This document shows positions 35,490 to 48,000 of a stretch of 64,000 bases of DNA, piece by piece. Location of the stretch: positions 623,803 to 687,802 of the forward strand of contig OW569346.1 of the NCBI GenBank assembly GCA_937625935.1, in the 5' to 3' direction. The notes under the pieces were generated by a model. It worked only from the letters and a program-made list of their open reading frames with translations, ran no database searches and was not told where the DNA came from. Made by a program: the position numbers and the translations under genes. The first letter of the stretch is position 1; each line of letters opens with the position of its first letter. This DNA comes from Tetramitus jugosus (Eukaryota > Protista > Heterolobosea).

Positions 35490-36888
35490 TCAAGATGTGC
35501 CGCTCTTCTTTGAATAGAAGCGAACGATACGTACCACTCCTCGAACTGTTTTGTCAGGAATCTTACGCCGGAAAATATGAATGCCCATTCCGATCAATAC
35601 TGCCATCATTCCAATGCCAGCTAACATGTAGAAGTCGAGCAGCACTCTGCCTGCGGTTGTTTTGGGTAGGATATCGCCATACCCAATACTGCAAACATTT
35701 CGTTAACACACACTTGAGCATAGAAAGCAACAGAAGGAAATAACTGAAAACATACGTTGTTAGAGTACAAAGTGAGAAATACACTGATTTTCCATAAGTC
35801 CAGTTCTCTGTCAGACTAAAGACCATTGATCCAAGCAAAAGAAATGCAACAATGAATAGAATCTGGAGTAAAATTCTGAAAAAGTGACTGGAGATAACCT
35901 TAAGTAGCAGATGTCGGATGCTTTTGTGTTTCCCCATCCACTTGCGCAACATGTTTGTCTGGGAGCGATACTCTCTCTTCTCTCTTCTCTTTTCTATTCC
36001 CGGATTCGAATGCCTCTCTTCGTCAAGAGAAACAAAATTGGTGAAGATGTTGAAAGAATGAGATGTGATAGAAATGTACCGTGTGCCCACCATTGCTGAC
36101 CATGCAGCAAGTAGTGGAAGTCCCAAGATAATGCAAAATGAATTGTAAATCTTACCACCCACTGTCAGAGGTACCAAGTCACCGAAACCCACTTTTGTCA
36201 AAGTATCCACTGAGAAAGAAATTGATCTCTCAAAGGTCCATTTCTCTATTGCCCAGAAAGGGATGGCACTCAGCACCAGAAAAGAGCAAATGATGAGGAA
36301 CGCGAATAATATGGATGATATGTCGAAAATGATATGATAAAGTGAGCGTTTGGATGATCCACTCATTGCAGTGCCTTCAAGATAACCATTTTCTTCCACG
36401 ATAATCACGTCAGTGTCAAGAAAATCTTGAAGATAACGTTTCTTTGTAGTTTTCTCTTCTTGATTGCTATTGTTATTGCGATGTTTCAGTGTTGATTCGA
36501 TACTCTCTTGTGTCAACTTGTCAGTAATGCATTCTTTTAATCTCAGGACATCTTCGTCAGCCACTATAAAATGAATCCATTGATTATTCAAGAGAACATC
36601 GATCTCTAGCGACATGTACCACAGATTTTTTTGCTCGTTTTCTTCTCCATGATCTGTGGTTTGTCCAGACTGAAGATGTATCGAAGAATCTTGTGCATTC
36701 GCATAATTTGAACAAGTGTTATCCGGTGGTTGATGATCTGTCATCGATCCTCTGTCTGTAAAACATTTCATGTCACCGGTTGGGTGAACCAGTGTTGAAG
36801 GGCAACGAAAAGGTTTTTTCATTCGCAGTATAATTTGATTCTCTTCCAGCCAGTAATGGCAATATGATGCCCGATCTTGTTGGTCCAT
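35490..36888 (-). CDS. Two-pore-domain potassium channel (K2P/TPK-like)
   Basis: Pore 1 DTLTKVGFGD; removing intron 35755-35689 (GTATGT...CAG) gives pore 2 TLTTIGYGD and a stop at 35490; 4 TM helices. Confidence 0.85.
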
Positions 36889-37074
36889 TTCTTTCGCGCT
36901 TGAATTTTCGGTTCTCGCTTTACTCCAAGGATAAATAGCTGCCTATCAACAATACCCATTTTTATCATGTTGCTGTGTGGGATGCTTTTGTTGGTTTATG
37001 ATGACAAGCGGAGTTTCCAAGTGCAATTGTTCGTGAACTGTGTTCTCGTAGACTGGCACTTTGAAAACAAAACT

Positions 37075-37781
37075 ATGGATTTCTTAGATTTAGATGATGC
37101 CGAAATGAGCAATGATGAATGCATCAAAATCATCGAGTTTTGTGATACGACTGAATGGCTGCAATTGAGTTATACGTGCAAAGGAATCAATCAATTCAAA
37201 TTCAATCGATTACTCATGTCAAACAAGAGGAGAACGCAGAAACTCACGTTGAATCAATGGCAGATCACTCACCGATTTCGATTGGCAGAACACTGTTCAA
37301 TGTTTGCTTGAACAAGCATCCTGAAGTGACGAATGAGCATTTCCAATTTTTGAGCGGTATCTGTAATTTGACTGGCATTCATATGCTCAACATGAGTTAT
37401 TGCAATAGTATCACAGACAATTCTCTTGTTTATCTGGCTGGTATTCACACACTTGATGTAAGTTGTTGTGATAAAATTACAGACAATGGATTCAATCATT
37501 TGACTGGAATGCGTAGCCTCTATATGAGTGGTTGCAAACACATCACAGATAAGGCATTCTTTCATTTGACTGGTATCCACACACTTGATATCAGCTATTG
37601 CAGTCAAATCACAGATGATGCATTTCCTCATTTCGTTGGCATTCACACACTGAATATGAGCGGTTGTGATCAAATAACAGAAAATGCACTAACTTTTTTG
37701 GCTGGTGTTCGTATGAGTTTTTGCAGTCAAATTACAGATAAGACGAAACAATGTTTTTATCAAAGAATATTGAGTAGTTGA
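37075..37781 (+). pseudogene. Frameshifted F-box/LRR gene
   Basis: Degenerate F-box-like start (IIEFCDTTEWLQLSYTCK) in one frame and tandem 22-aa LRRs (LTGIHTLxMSxCxQITD) in another. Confidence 0.65.
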
Positions 37782-37970
37782 GTACCATGGCATCTACATA
37801 ATAAAAATCATCTAGATAATACAACAAACTTTATCCTGTAACAAATTGATTTGCTATTATTTCAAGTCATAGCGCAAAGACATAGTTCCTACCATCTTTG
37901 TTTGATCAATGTTGAAAACAAAGCATTCTTACAGATTATTTACAATTGAGACTCTGGAGGGCAGATTACA

Positions 37971-38585
37971 CTACTCATTCTTCTTAGTAATGAAACCAGT
38001 ATCTCCCGCAAATAAAATCACAGTGCCTGTTTGCTGCGTGAGTCTGTTATTGGAAACACTATTGTAAGAAGTTATTGAAGCTGTATCATAGAATGTGATA
38101 TCGGTCGATGTTCAGAAGCTGAAGGGAAGAAGACTTTCTGTGCTAGTGGTAAGAATTTTTCGGCAGCAGCAGAGTAAACTGTTCCCCCAACTGTAGCTAC
38201 TTTGATTTGAGGATTATTCCATCCTTCCAATGTTTCTGGGAGATTGAAACCGTCTGGTAGAGGTGCATTCTCGTCCCTGTATACAGCAAATGGAATAGCT
38301 CTCTCATAAACACATGTGTAATCAGCTCTGTTCAATCTACCAACCAAGAATGTAACGTCAATAACAGTATCAGCTTCACCCCTTTCCAATAGATCGACTG
38401 AATCTTGGAAGAAGCTTGATACATTATATGGAACAAAAACTGGATCAATGTTCGTTCCAAGTACAAGTCCCAAGTAACTGCTCACGATCTTAATCACATC
38501 AGGTAAGTAACCTGAAGCTTGTCCATCAACAATAGCAAAAAATGCAGGATCATCATGAACGGTAGACACTCCAACTCTAAGTTGT
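37971..38585 (-). pseudogene. Fragment of a periplasmic/solute-binding (SBP_bac_3-like) protein
   Basis: LRVGVSTVHDDPAFF...SGYLPDV...LLERGEAD...KVATVGGTVY; 5'-truncated; an internal deletion or frameshift precedes TDITFYD...GFITKKNE*. Confidence 0.6.
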
Positions 38586-38597
38586 TTTGAATCACTG

Positions 38598-40049
38598 GTG
38601 GTGGAGGTCTTCAGAATTTGTACAGGTAGGTTCAGAAAGTCGTCTCAACAAAGTACAACTGCAGCATTCCAACAAACCAAACTCACATCTCTTCTCACCA
38701 TGGTATCAACGACAAATGTTGTTGCAGAAAGCACTGATACAAGCGACAGGATATCCAATCACCAGTCCATTGTTCGTAAACAATTCTTCCAAGTGGTCCA
38801 GGAGTGGACTGCCACTATTGACCAGAAATTGAAGTCTAAAGTGTTTCAGAACACCTCTTCTGATTTACCCAAGTTGGTTGCGATTGAAGATGAGCGTTCC
38901 TTTGAAGAACTACTGGATCTCATGAACGACCAAGACACTATGAACGCTCGATTTTTGTTTGTTTGCAGAAACGGCAGTGATGAAGTATCTCTGCAGTTAT
39001 TGAATCACTTGATTGAGACATACAGTAGTGATAACAGTTCGTTCTCCAAATACTCTTTGAGCAAAATCACTGACAAAGACAATTCCAATTGCACTCTCAT
39101 GCACGTTTGTGCGCAAAGAAATAAGACCCAATGCATGGAATTCTTGCTGTCTCTCAAAATGTCAATAGATCCACTCGATTCGTTGTCTTCTACACCACTG
39201 CACTATGCAGTTGCCCAGAATCGTCACGAATCTGTTCTATTTCTATTGAACAAGGGTGCAAACATCAATGCAAAAGACTCCTATTCCAAGTTTCCTCTGC
39301 TCATTGCTCTCAAACACAAACATTATGCCTTGGCGGAGTTGTTGGCTTCTTTTCGACCTGATGTCCATCTGAGAGTATCCAAAGGGAACACAGTCTTGCA
39401 TATCATGGCTGACGAAGGTGATATCACTGCAGTGAAGCTTCTCGTTGAAAAACTGAATGCATCTCCTCTGAGAAAGAACAATGAAGAAGAGAATGTACTG
39501 TATGTAGCTCTGCCTCATTTGGAGATTATTCAATACCTGGCAGTCCAGTTTTCTTCAAAGGGTTTAGATCGCATGCTCTGTAACACCAACACCTCTGGGA
39601 AAAACATTTTGCACAAATGTGGAACTGATGGGCATATTGATCATGTGTTGTTGCTCTTGAAGTATATGAATCTTCGTGAGTTCAATCAGAAACAGGTCGA
39701 ATCCTTGTTGAACACCATGGACAAGAAGGGAGACACACCTCTGCTACTAGCTGTGAAAAACTCCAGGAAGGAGCTTGTCAGGTTTTTAGTGGAGTGCGCT
39801 GAAGTTGAGTTGAATGAAGGCGACTCAAGTGGTATGACTGCTCTTCAATCATCAGTCAACATATCTGATAAGGATATGATCAACACACTCTCGAAGGCAG
39901 GCGCTTCTCTGAAACCAATTAATAGACATGATGAGGAATCAGAACAAAATAATTGTTTTACTCGGCTCAGTAGCATGACTACTACTCTAGTGCTTCTCCT
40001 TTCCTTCATCTCCATTATATGTATTATAAGCATCCTCTCTTCCTGTTAG
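38598..40049 (+). pseudogene. Ankyrin-repeat membrane protein, truncated after first TM
   Basis: Ankyrin repeats (TPLHYAV, GNTVLHIMA, GDTPLLLAV); ends in a hydrophobic helix that runs directly into the antisense of the next gene. Confidence 0.65.
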
Positions 40050-41214
40050 TCACTACGCTGGGCTCTTCTTCATCATCTTCATTTTCATCAACAGATTTCT
40101 TTTTCTTGGACTTCTGGGAAGTAGTTGCAGTACTCTTCTTTTTCTTTGCAGTTTCATCACTGCTGACCTTTCTCTTCTTTTTAGGAGGCGATTCTTCTCC
40201 ATCTAATTCATCATCAGAGATGAACATTGATCCGGCATCCACACCTGATTCGACATCGGCAAATAACGCCAAAAAGTTCTTGCTTCCGAACTGAATTCCT
40301 CTCTTTTTTCGGACGGTGAGAGCTCTCACATCATCTTCGTCCATGAACTCTATACCACTGCTATCTGAACCGTCTTCTACTTCTTTCCTCTGCTCTGACT
40401 CAACCACTGACCTTCTTCCATCTCTTGGTGGCGGAGTCAATGTCAAGTCATCGCGGAAACTAGATGAAGAACGCGTAAAGCTGTTTGACTGAGTAAGGTC
40501 GTGGGAAAACACATACCCACCCTCAACCACCTTAGCCAATTTTCCAGCCCTGACCAAATAGGAATGAAATCCTCTGTCGAATTCACTTTTGCACAACTCG
40601 TGCTGCTCGATATAGAACTTCTTTCGTTGATCCGAGAGTTTGGAAAAGGCTAATTTGACATCTCTCACTCTATCCTCATAGGAATAGGAGCGCGAGATTG
40701 GCTTCAACGTATGATCGATCTCACGTTCTAACAGTTTCTCTGGTAATGGTGGTGGTAGGAGAGTCATGATCTTGCAGTAAGTTGTTCTCTCCTCGAGTAC
40801 ACTTCTCTGGATGACGTTTCTTGAGGGTTGTCTATCTTCTCTGTATGGATTGAACTGCTGTTTCTCGCTCTCAGTCATCTTGGAAAGCCTTTCTCTGGTG
40901 ATCTTTCTGACATCAGAGCCCAACATCAAGTAAATGCCATCCAACTCCTCTCTGACTGTTTGATAATAAGCGTTGAAGATGTCAAGTGCTGGTTGGTTTC
41001 TCGAAACACCTTTTTGAGGCAAAGGGTAAAGGGTTTCATGTTCTTTTCTTATTTGATCCTTATCAGGTATGGATAGCTTGACCCATTTCCTGAGAGTATC
41101 CTCCAATTGCCCGTTCTTGTTCTCCTTCTGATGGTAGTAGATGAACACTGTGGGTCGAGATTCCTTCTTGGCCGTCAAAGTAGACACGTCTTTCCCATTA
41201 CTCTTCTTGGGCAT
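40024..41214 (-). CDS. Protein with three divergent HMG-box-like repeats and a basic/acidic tail
   Basis: RPTVFIYY...RKWVKLSIPDKDQI; DIFNAYYQTVRE...LSKMTESEKQQF; AFSKLSDQRKKFYIEQ; NLS PPKKKRKV. Confidence 0.55.
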   Translation of the reverse strand: MPKKSNGKDVSTLTAKKESRPTVFIYYHQKENKNGQLEDTLRKWVKLSIPDKDQIRKEHETLYPLPQKGVSRNQPALDIFNAYYQTVREELDGIYLMLGSDVRKITRERLSKMTESEKQQFNPYREDRQPSRNVIQRSVLEERTTYCKIMTLLPPPLPEKLLEREIDHTLKPISRSYSYEDRVRDVKLAFSKLSDQRKKFYIEQHELCKSEFDRGFHSYLVRAGKLAKVVEGGYVFSHDLTQSNSFTRSSSSFRDDLTLTPPPRDGRRSVVESEQRKEVEDGSDSSGIEFMDEDDVRALTVRKKRGIQFGSKNFLALFADVESGVDAGSMFISDDELDGEESPPKKKRKVSSDETAKKKKSTATTSQKSKKKKSVDENEDDEEEPSVVTNRKRGCL

Positions 41215-41429
41215 TATGTTGTAATGGTTCTTTTGTGGTTTTTGATTTTTCTACCGTGAACAGTTTTTCGTAAAAAGTCGAATGGTCCGCCACCTTGCGG
41301 GTTTCGGCCGTGCGAAAAAATGGAAAACTGCGCTCACCAAAAAGTGGTTTGTGATTTATCTTAGACATTTCAGTCAAAAAACGAAAGGAATAGGGAGCAA
41401 TGTTGTGTAGTTTCTTGTACACTTTTCCA

Positions 41430-42180
41430 ACCATTGTCTCACCAGTGTGTGTGGATGTCATCCACGGTAACAGCCACATCAGATCCACAGAAGACCGCTT
41501 CGTGCACGATGCAAACAAACAACACACATAGAACTGACCACCATTGTCCACAAACAGTCTGATAGTCCAATGACACACTGATCCACAAACAGAGTAGTCC
41601 TCTAGAAAATCTCTTAATGATTCGTATGTTGGAGTTGGACAACCTCCCTTGATTCTCGTACCATTGGCCCAGTACTTTGCAAACATGTTCAGGTGATAGA
41701 GATGGGTCATCTGTTGCCAGATCATCGATCAATCGACAACATGTACTGTAAATCACATCAATGATGTGATTGATTTCGATCATATTGTCTCCAACGTCCT
41801 TCATGTTCTTGTTGACATTGGTGATCAAAGCTTCCGCAACCACACTTCTCAGATTCATACTATCCAAATCAAAACTACCACCCATGAATTGGCAGCGATA
41901 TGAGTCATTGCATGCAAACATTCCCCAATCACGACAATTGTCCTCAGTGTTCGATCAGTCCTTTTGCCGGTGTGTGATGTTATGCTTATGACTGTGTGTC
42001 GAATGGCCGCCATGACCTCACCATACTTGTCCAAGCATTGTTCGTGTCGACCTATTCTGGAATACACGGCAATCGACAATAGAGCAGATAAGAACATGGT
42101 CTTCGTGAACACAGACAATAGACTCACTACCTTGACCGTAGCACAGGCCACCATCGTCATTGTGTCCACATCATTCAAAT
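41430..42180 (-). pseudogene. Frameshifted orphan gene fragment, composition similar to the 54.9-59.9 kb block
   Basis: Three overlapping minus-strand frames (41855-42256, 41439-41921, 41198-41725) that read as one disrupted, intronless ORF. Confidence 0.4.
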
Positions 42181-42194
42181 ACCATGTGAAAACC

Positions 42195-42859
42195 AGCCTT
42201 GTTGAGCTGCAAGAGTTAAGTTCAGCCTCAAATGCCCTTGTATTGAATATTGGCACACTAGATAATTATTCAATTGAATCAATGTGTATGGCTGCTGCCA
42301 ATGCATCTCGTTTAGGAAAACCAGTTATACTCGACCCTGTGGGTTGTGGAGCTAGCAAGTTTCGCTCATGAGTTCGTACGTTACAATACTAAAAGGGAAT
42401 CAAGGTGAGATGGAATCTCTATGTTTTGATGACTCATCAATGTCCAAGGGAGTGGATTCATCAGGCAACTCACAAAATGGAGATTTGGTTGCAAGAACAC
42501 TAGCCTCAAGATACAAGTGCATTACTGCGATTACAGGACCCATTGATATTGTCTCTGATGGCACAAGAATTGTTCGCATCCACCACAATGTACCTCTCTT
42601 AACTAGCATAACTGGTGCTGGTTGTGTAGTTAGTGCGATCACGGGTTGCTTTGCGTCAGTGTCAGACCCCTTGGTAGCTGTTTCAACAGCACTTGCTTAT
42701 ACAGGCGTGTGTGCTGAGATGGCCAGTAGTCAACCAGATGTTGGACCGGCTTCCTTTAACTGCCAGCTACTCGACATGTTCGCTCGTATACCATCCAATA
42801 TCTTCAGACGCGAAGTCAAGTTTTCCTTGGCAAACTTTGAGACACAAAAGTATTGTTAA
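42195..42859 (+). pseudogene. thiM: Hydroxyethylthiazole kinase (ThiM/Thi6 C-terminal domain) fragment
   Basis: ALVLNIGTL, KPVILDPVGCGASKFR, ILKGNQGE, KGVDS, AITGPIDIVSDG, ITGAGC; N-terminus missing, deletion/frameshift at ~42368. Confidence 0.85.
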
Positions 42860-42938
42860 TTCATGTTGGTGTGTGTCAGTAAAAATTCATATGAAAATGG
42901 GTACCTTTATTGACCTTTTGTTGTGCCCTAGGTGAGGA

Positions 42939-44864
42939 TTACTCATTATCTCTAAATTCGGTGCGTCTGGCTATTCTTTCCACTCGTGCAATGTCAGCTG
43001 TTGAAATGTGGTTCATGGAAACAAACGACAACTTCTTGTTCAAGTTAACCAGTGCGTCGACAGTCTTGCTGTTTTGAGGAGGGGAATCCAATGCTTCCAG
43101 ATTATACATCTCATACACAAACAGGAATGTGTGAAGATTAGGGCATTTGCTGACCAAGTAAGCCATTCCAGCGTCAGTGACTTCAGAACAACATTTGCTA
43201 AAATCTAAGTGCTCAATGTTACCGTTAGTATTATCCGCCAGAATTTTCAGCTCTTCGTCTCCAATTTTGTCGATACTGATATCACATTCATCTGTTGTAA
43301 CCTGTATCTCTCGCAGATTCTTGCAATACTTGAAGAATGGACCTGGATTTTCTGCAAAGCAATTTTCAAGGTAAAGTTCTTCTATTTCCTGATTGGCTTT
43401 TGCTATTTTTTCAATGGCTTGGTCATTTAAGGATACATGTTCCAAATTGAGATGTTTCAATTTGTTACAAAAAACTGGCAGAAAATTCAAGTCATCCTGA
43501 GTAATGTAGATGCACCAACTGCAATTAAGCAGCGTTAGATTGTGGCCAAATCTGGATAGTAATGGTACGAACGACTTCTGCTCGTGCATTCCATTCTCTC
43601 TCACTAAATCCTTCAAATATAGTTCTGTAATTAATGGCTTGTGTGCTGATCCTGGTGGACAGCATACCAATCTGAACCATTCTTTGCAAACAGTGCTCGC
43701 CTGAAGCAATGTTGGGATGTCCATAAATGATAATACTTCCAGCAACATTTGCTCATTGGTCAAGAAATTGTCAGAACTCAAATTTGACCAATAGTTATTC
43801 TTTTGACAACTCTGGAACATACTGTCGGTCTTGTTTTTGAACTCAATATAAGCACTATTTACCTCCTTCTCATGCTCTTGACGTAGAGTAACGAAAAATG
43901 AAGTATCATGCTGGTAGGAGCTGTTGATTAATTGTGTCATCTCCTGAAGAAACTGCTTATCTTTTTCCTCAATCTTATTCACTTCGACTAACAGGTCCAA
44001 TCCTAGCCTTGAACTTTGTATTTTGACATGAGCTGGATATTTGCCGTGGACCTTTTCGAGAACTGGTTCCATGAATTGTGAGTGCTCGCGACAAGCGTCA
44101 GAAAACTGCTTTCCGGCCAGCCCAGAATAATGGAATCTTGGATTCAATTCGATAGAACCTCTATAAGTGAATCCATAGTTAACATATCGAGAATAGTCAA
44201 CACTCTCCACCAAATCTTCTGTAAAATCTAACAATGCATCAATCGATTCTCTAATTTTACTGGTTAACCAGTGTGGTAGGTTTGAATCAAAGATTACCAT
44301 TCGTTGCAGCTGTGAACTCGAAACATTGTTGTTAGCTTGTTTCTTCAGACCTTTTTCAATACTATCAAGTACGTAAAGACAAAAAGCTTTTTCATACAAG
44401 GCCACAATCTGAAATTTTTGATCATCTTCATCCAATAAAGCTTCCATTATCTTATTTACTGCACTGAGACTAATACATCCACAAGCTGGATCCTTCTCTA
44501 CAGAGTCCAGAAATTGTTGTTGAGCAGAAAGATCGACATTTTGGTTTTGTTTCGCGGCTACTGCACACCATGCATCTACCACAGCAGTACGAATTTCTTC
44601 ATTGCCGTACTGTTCTTCTGATGAATCACTAATCACATTCTTCTTTGCAGATGGCTCCTCAGACATCAAACTCACATCTCGGACAATGTCACCACTCACA
44701 ATCCTATTGAAAATGTTTGCTTCAATGCAGTTTGCAGTCAATGCTTTGATAATTGTCTCTAAAAAAGATTCAATGGCACAAAGAGCTTTTGGTGATAATT
44801 TTGAAGTGATATCCTGTGATGCAATAAGAGATGGTGATTTCTCTTCTTCTCTTGCTCTCTTCAT
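42939..44864 (-). CDS. F-box/LRR protein with N-terminal putative tandem histone folds (H2B-like + H2A-like)
   Basis: F-box LTNEQMLLEVLSFMDIPTLLQASTVCKEW; FBXL-type LRRs (VTDAGMAYLVSKCPNL); N-terminal KLSPKALCAIESFLETI...EIRTAV and SSQLQRMVIFDSNL. Confidence 0.75.
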   Translation of the reverse strand: MKRAREEEKSPSLIASQDITSKLSPKALCAIESFLETIIKALTANCIEANIFNRIVSGDIVRDVSLMSEEPSAKKNVISDSSEEQYGNEEIRTAVVDAWCAVAAKQNQNVDLSAQQQFLDSVEKDPACGCISLSAVNKIMEALLDEDDQKFQIVALYEKAFCLYVLDSIEKGLKKQANNNVSSSQLQRMVIFDSNLPHWLTSKIRESIDALLDFTEDLVESVDYSRYVNYGFTYRGSIELNPRFHYSGLAGKQFSDACREHSQFMEPVLEKVHGKYPAHVKIQSSRLGLDLLVEVNKIEEKDKQFLQEMTQLINSSYQHDTSFFVTLRQEHEKEVNSAYIEFKNKTDSMFQSCQKNNYWSNLSSDNFLTNEQMLLEVLSFMDIPTLLQASTVCKEWFRLVCCPPGSAHKPLITELYLKDLVRENGMHEQKSFVPLLSRFGHNLTLLNCSWCIYITQDDLNFLPVFCNKLKHLNLEHVSLNDQAIEKIAKANQEIEELYLENCFAENPGPFFKYCKNLREIQVTTDECDISIDKIGDEELKILADNTNGNIEHLDFSKCCSEVTDAGMAYLVSKCPNLHTFLFVYEMYNLEALDSPPQNSKTVDALVNLNKKLSFVSMNHISTADIARVERIARRTEFRDNE

Positions 44865-45022
44865 GATCTTGTGTTTTTCTCCTTGCTGAGTTCCCTTCTG
44901 CTTGGGTGGGAGGATGCATCAGAAAAGGGCTTGCTACGACATTTTTTTTCCAGGATTACCGGAGTAGCATCCAAAAAACAAGTTTAGGAACAAAACAAAA
45001 ACGCTGGAAACAACCTACTCAA

Positions 45023-48000
45023 ATGAATCGTGGCCTTGAGACAGAAGATGAATCGATGTTGTGTGACAAACGGATGAGAATAGGGAGAGACAACGAGAGA
45101 ATGTATTGGGGTTTTTTGAACTTTTATCACAGGCAGTTCCAAGGGATATCTTTCATTGCGTCATGTCATTTATACCTGCATTTCCCTATTATTTTTGTTT
45201 GAGATCGGTTTGCTCGCAATGGCTTTATGAATTTGAAGAACACTTGTATCGCAGTGTGACATACTTGGATCTAGTTGATGACGGACGACCAAAGTTCTAC
45301 ATGAGAGACGATAAGCAACTGGTTCAATTCAAGCCTATCGGTGGAACTGGAAAATGTTTGAAAGTATCCAGTGCTACTATTAGAGACATGAGAAATTATA
45401 ACCGAACCTCAATTTTTGAATTCTTGGGACATGTGTTTCCCAAGGTCACGCACTTAAGACTAGGATTGGGATCGTTTTTCAATCAATCAAATTTTGGAAC
45501 TTGTGTCAAAGTATTGTTACCCCAGTTCAGACAACTTGAAACTTTGGATATTCTGGGTACAAGACAATCGTATTCAGTAGGACGTGAAAACATGATTAGA
45601 GAGTATCAATTGGAAGCTATTGCTTCTTGCTTACCTAGGTCAACTAAGAATCTAAACTTGATTGCTTTGAGCTTTCCCCAAAGATTTGCATGGGACGAAA
45701 TGAAAATATTCTCAAGAAAAGGCAGGACGGAACACGGAAAACGATTTTCTAGAGTCAACGGACGTCAACCCATCAAGGTTGATATCCAAAGCTTAACTAT
45801 CACTTACGCTTTTTTGAATCAACTCAACGGATTTAATTCTACGACTAATGTGACTCGAATCAATTGGCAGACTTTTTGGGACATTTATTCTCGTTTTGAA
45901 GTATCAATTGTAGCATCATCAAATACAATACCTCCTCAACCTAGCATAACCATTGTTTCACCAGGTGATTACGTGAATCACATGTCCAAGAAAGAAGGCA
46001 TATTTCTTTCACACATAGTCAATCGTTCGATCGAACAATCTGAAGAACTACTCGAAGCAACAGTTGATAGTGTGGTTCGTGAGTATCCGTATTTTGAACC
46101 CCTTTTGTGCCTATCTGAACGTGAGAAGGTGTTCCAACTGACTTCTCAGACTACATTGGGTGCACCCTTTTTTTTCGAGAATATCATGATGGCATCTAAG
46201 ACTTTGGGGTTGTTGATGGATCCCATCAGAATGAAATATCCACAATTGGTTCTGGATGTAAATGGTGTACTGGGGTCGCATGAACATGAACCTCCCTACA
46301 CTATCTTGAATCACTTGATCAAGTATTGCACTAGTGAGGCAACATTCTCTGTTATTAAGACACTTGTGGAGGACTACAAGGTAGATTTAGCGGTCAATAA
46401 TGTTCTAAATTGTGTCTGCGCAATGAATGTTAATCATAATCCAGATTTATCTCTCCAGAAGAAGCTGATAAAGTATTTGATATCCCAGAAGCCAGAATTA
46501 ATATCTTTGGGAAATTTGGAGGGAGTCATTAATGATGATCAAAAAGATCACTTATTGCTTCAATATTTCGTATCTTCAGCTGACGTGGAAGTTATTCAGT
46601 GTTTGGTAGAATCAGGAGCCTCACTCACAAATGTGGAAAAGGATGGTAACAACATCATTCATTTGGTCTGCCGCGGTATCGAGTTTAATACTTTGAAGTA
46701 TTTATTCTCAAAGTGTCCTCCAGAACTAATGTTTGCAAGGAATTACAAGAACATTACTCCATTAGAAAAAGTTTTTCAGGTTGGAACCTCCGAAGATTCA
46801 CTGATTCAATTTCTTGAACAAGTGGGCAAATTACATTGTTTCTCTACGAAAGGAATCTTTCAACACTATCCCACATCGTGTGGAAGTTTACTACATGTGG
46901 CCATGTCAGCCAAATGCAAATTGACAACTATTCAGTGGTTCATAGACCATGGTTTTGATGCAAATTCCATGAATGACAATGGAGAAAATCCTTTGTTTTA
47001 TTCTTTCCAGAGTAACCAAGCATCAGATAACCATGATTTTAATCTCATTCACCAAGATCAACTATTCATCGATGAAATAGCAGAGTTTTTGATCAGAAAT
47101 GGAGCAAGAATTGATATTCAAAACAATAAGGGAAATACGGTTATTACTACTGCACTCTATAACAATAATTATAGAATGATCAATAATTTGATACAAAATC
47201 CATCTATCTCATCAAAGTCACTCGCTGAACTTCTTGGACCAAGGATGGAAAATGGATTGAATGCTTTGCACTTGTTAGTTCGGACTCTGGTAACTACTTC
47301 AGATAATGTTTCTTCTAATGGCAGCTATACTGTTGCACGACATTGTGCACTCTTATGTTTGAAGCATTATCCTGAAATGCTACATGAACTGTCTGAAACA
47401 TCTAATGAGCGACTCAAAGATATTTCTGGGTTGAGTCCTCTGCAACTGTTGCTTCGATCATCCAATAGTTTACATGTATTGGGAGAATTAACGATCAAAT
47501 TGAATGATATTGCCAATATGCCAGTTTACACAAGCAAAGCTTCTAATATAGTCGCTCATCTACCTGCTATGTACCTTGCATTGGAGCAACCAGTTAATAT
47601 ACCAATGTTTGACAAGCTCATGTCGTATTCTGAAAATGTGTTTCTCATCGATGAATCACAATTGACCAAACCGAATCTTTTGCAAATCGGCGCAGAGAAA
47701 GGTGCATCGTTGTGTAAATGCATTCTCAAGCATTGGAAGAAAAGGTGTGGGTCAAAGGAAGAATTGTGCCAGTTGATTAGGGCTCCCATGGAGAATGATA
47801 ATGTTGATGGAAGAAGGGCAAGGAATGCAGCAATCATTGCATGTGCTGTTGGTTGTTACGAGACGTTTGTTCTTTTGTGGCCTTACACTATAGCTCATGC
47901 TGAACATTTTGATGATCCAGTTCGGATTGCTCTAGCGAACAACCATTATGATTTTGCATTATCAGCTGTCGTTCATCACGGTATAGTACCATGCAAAGAT

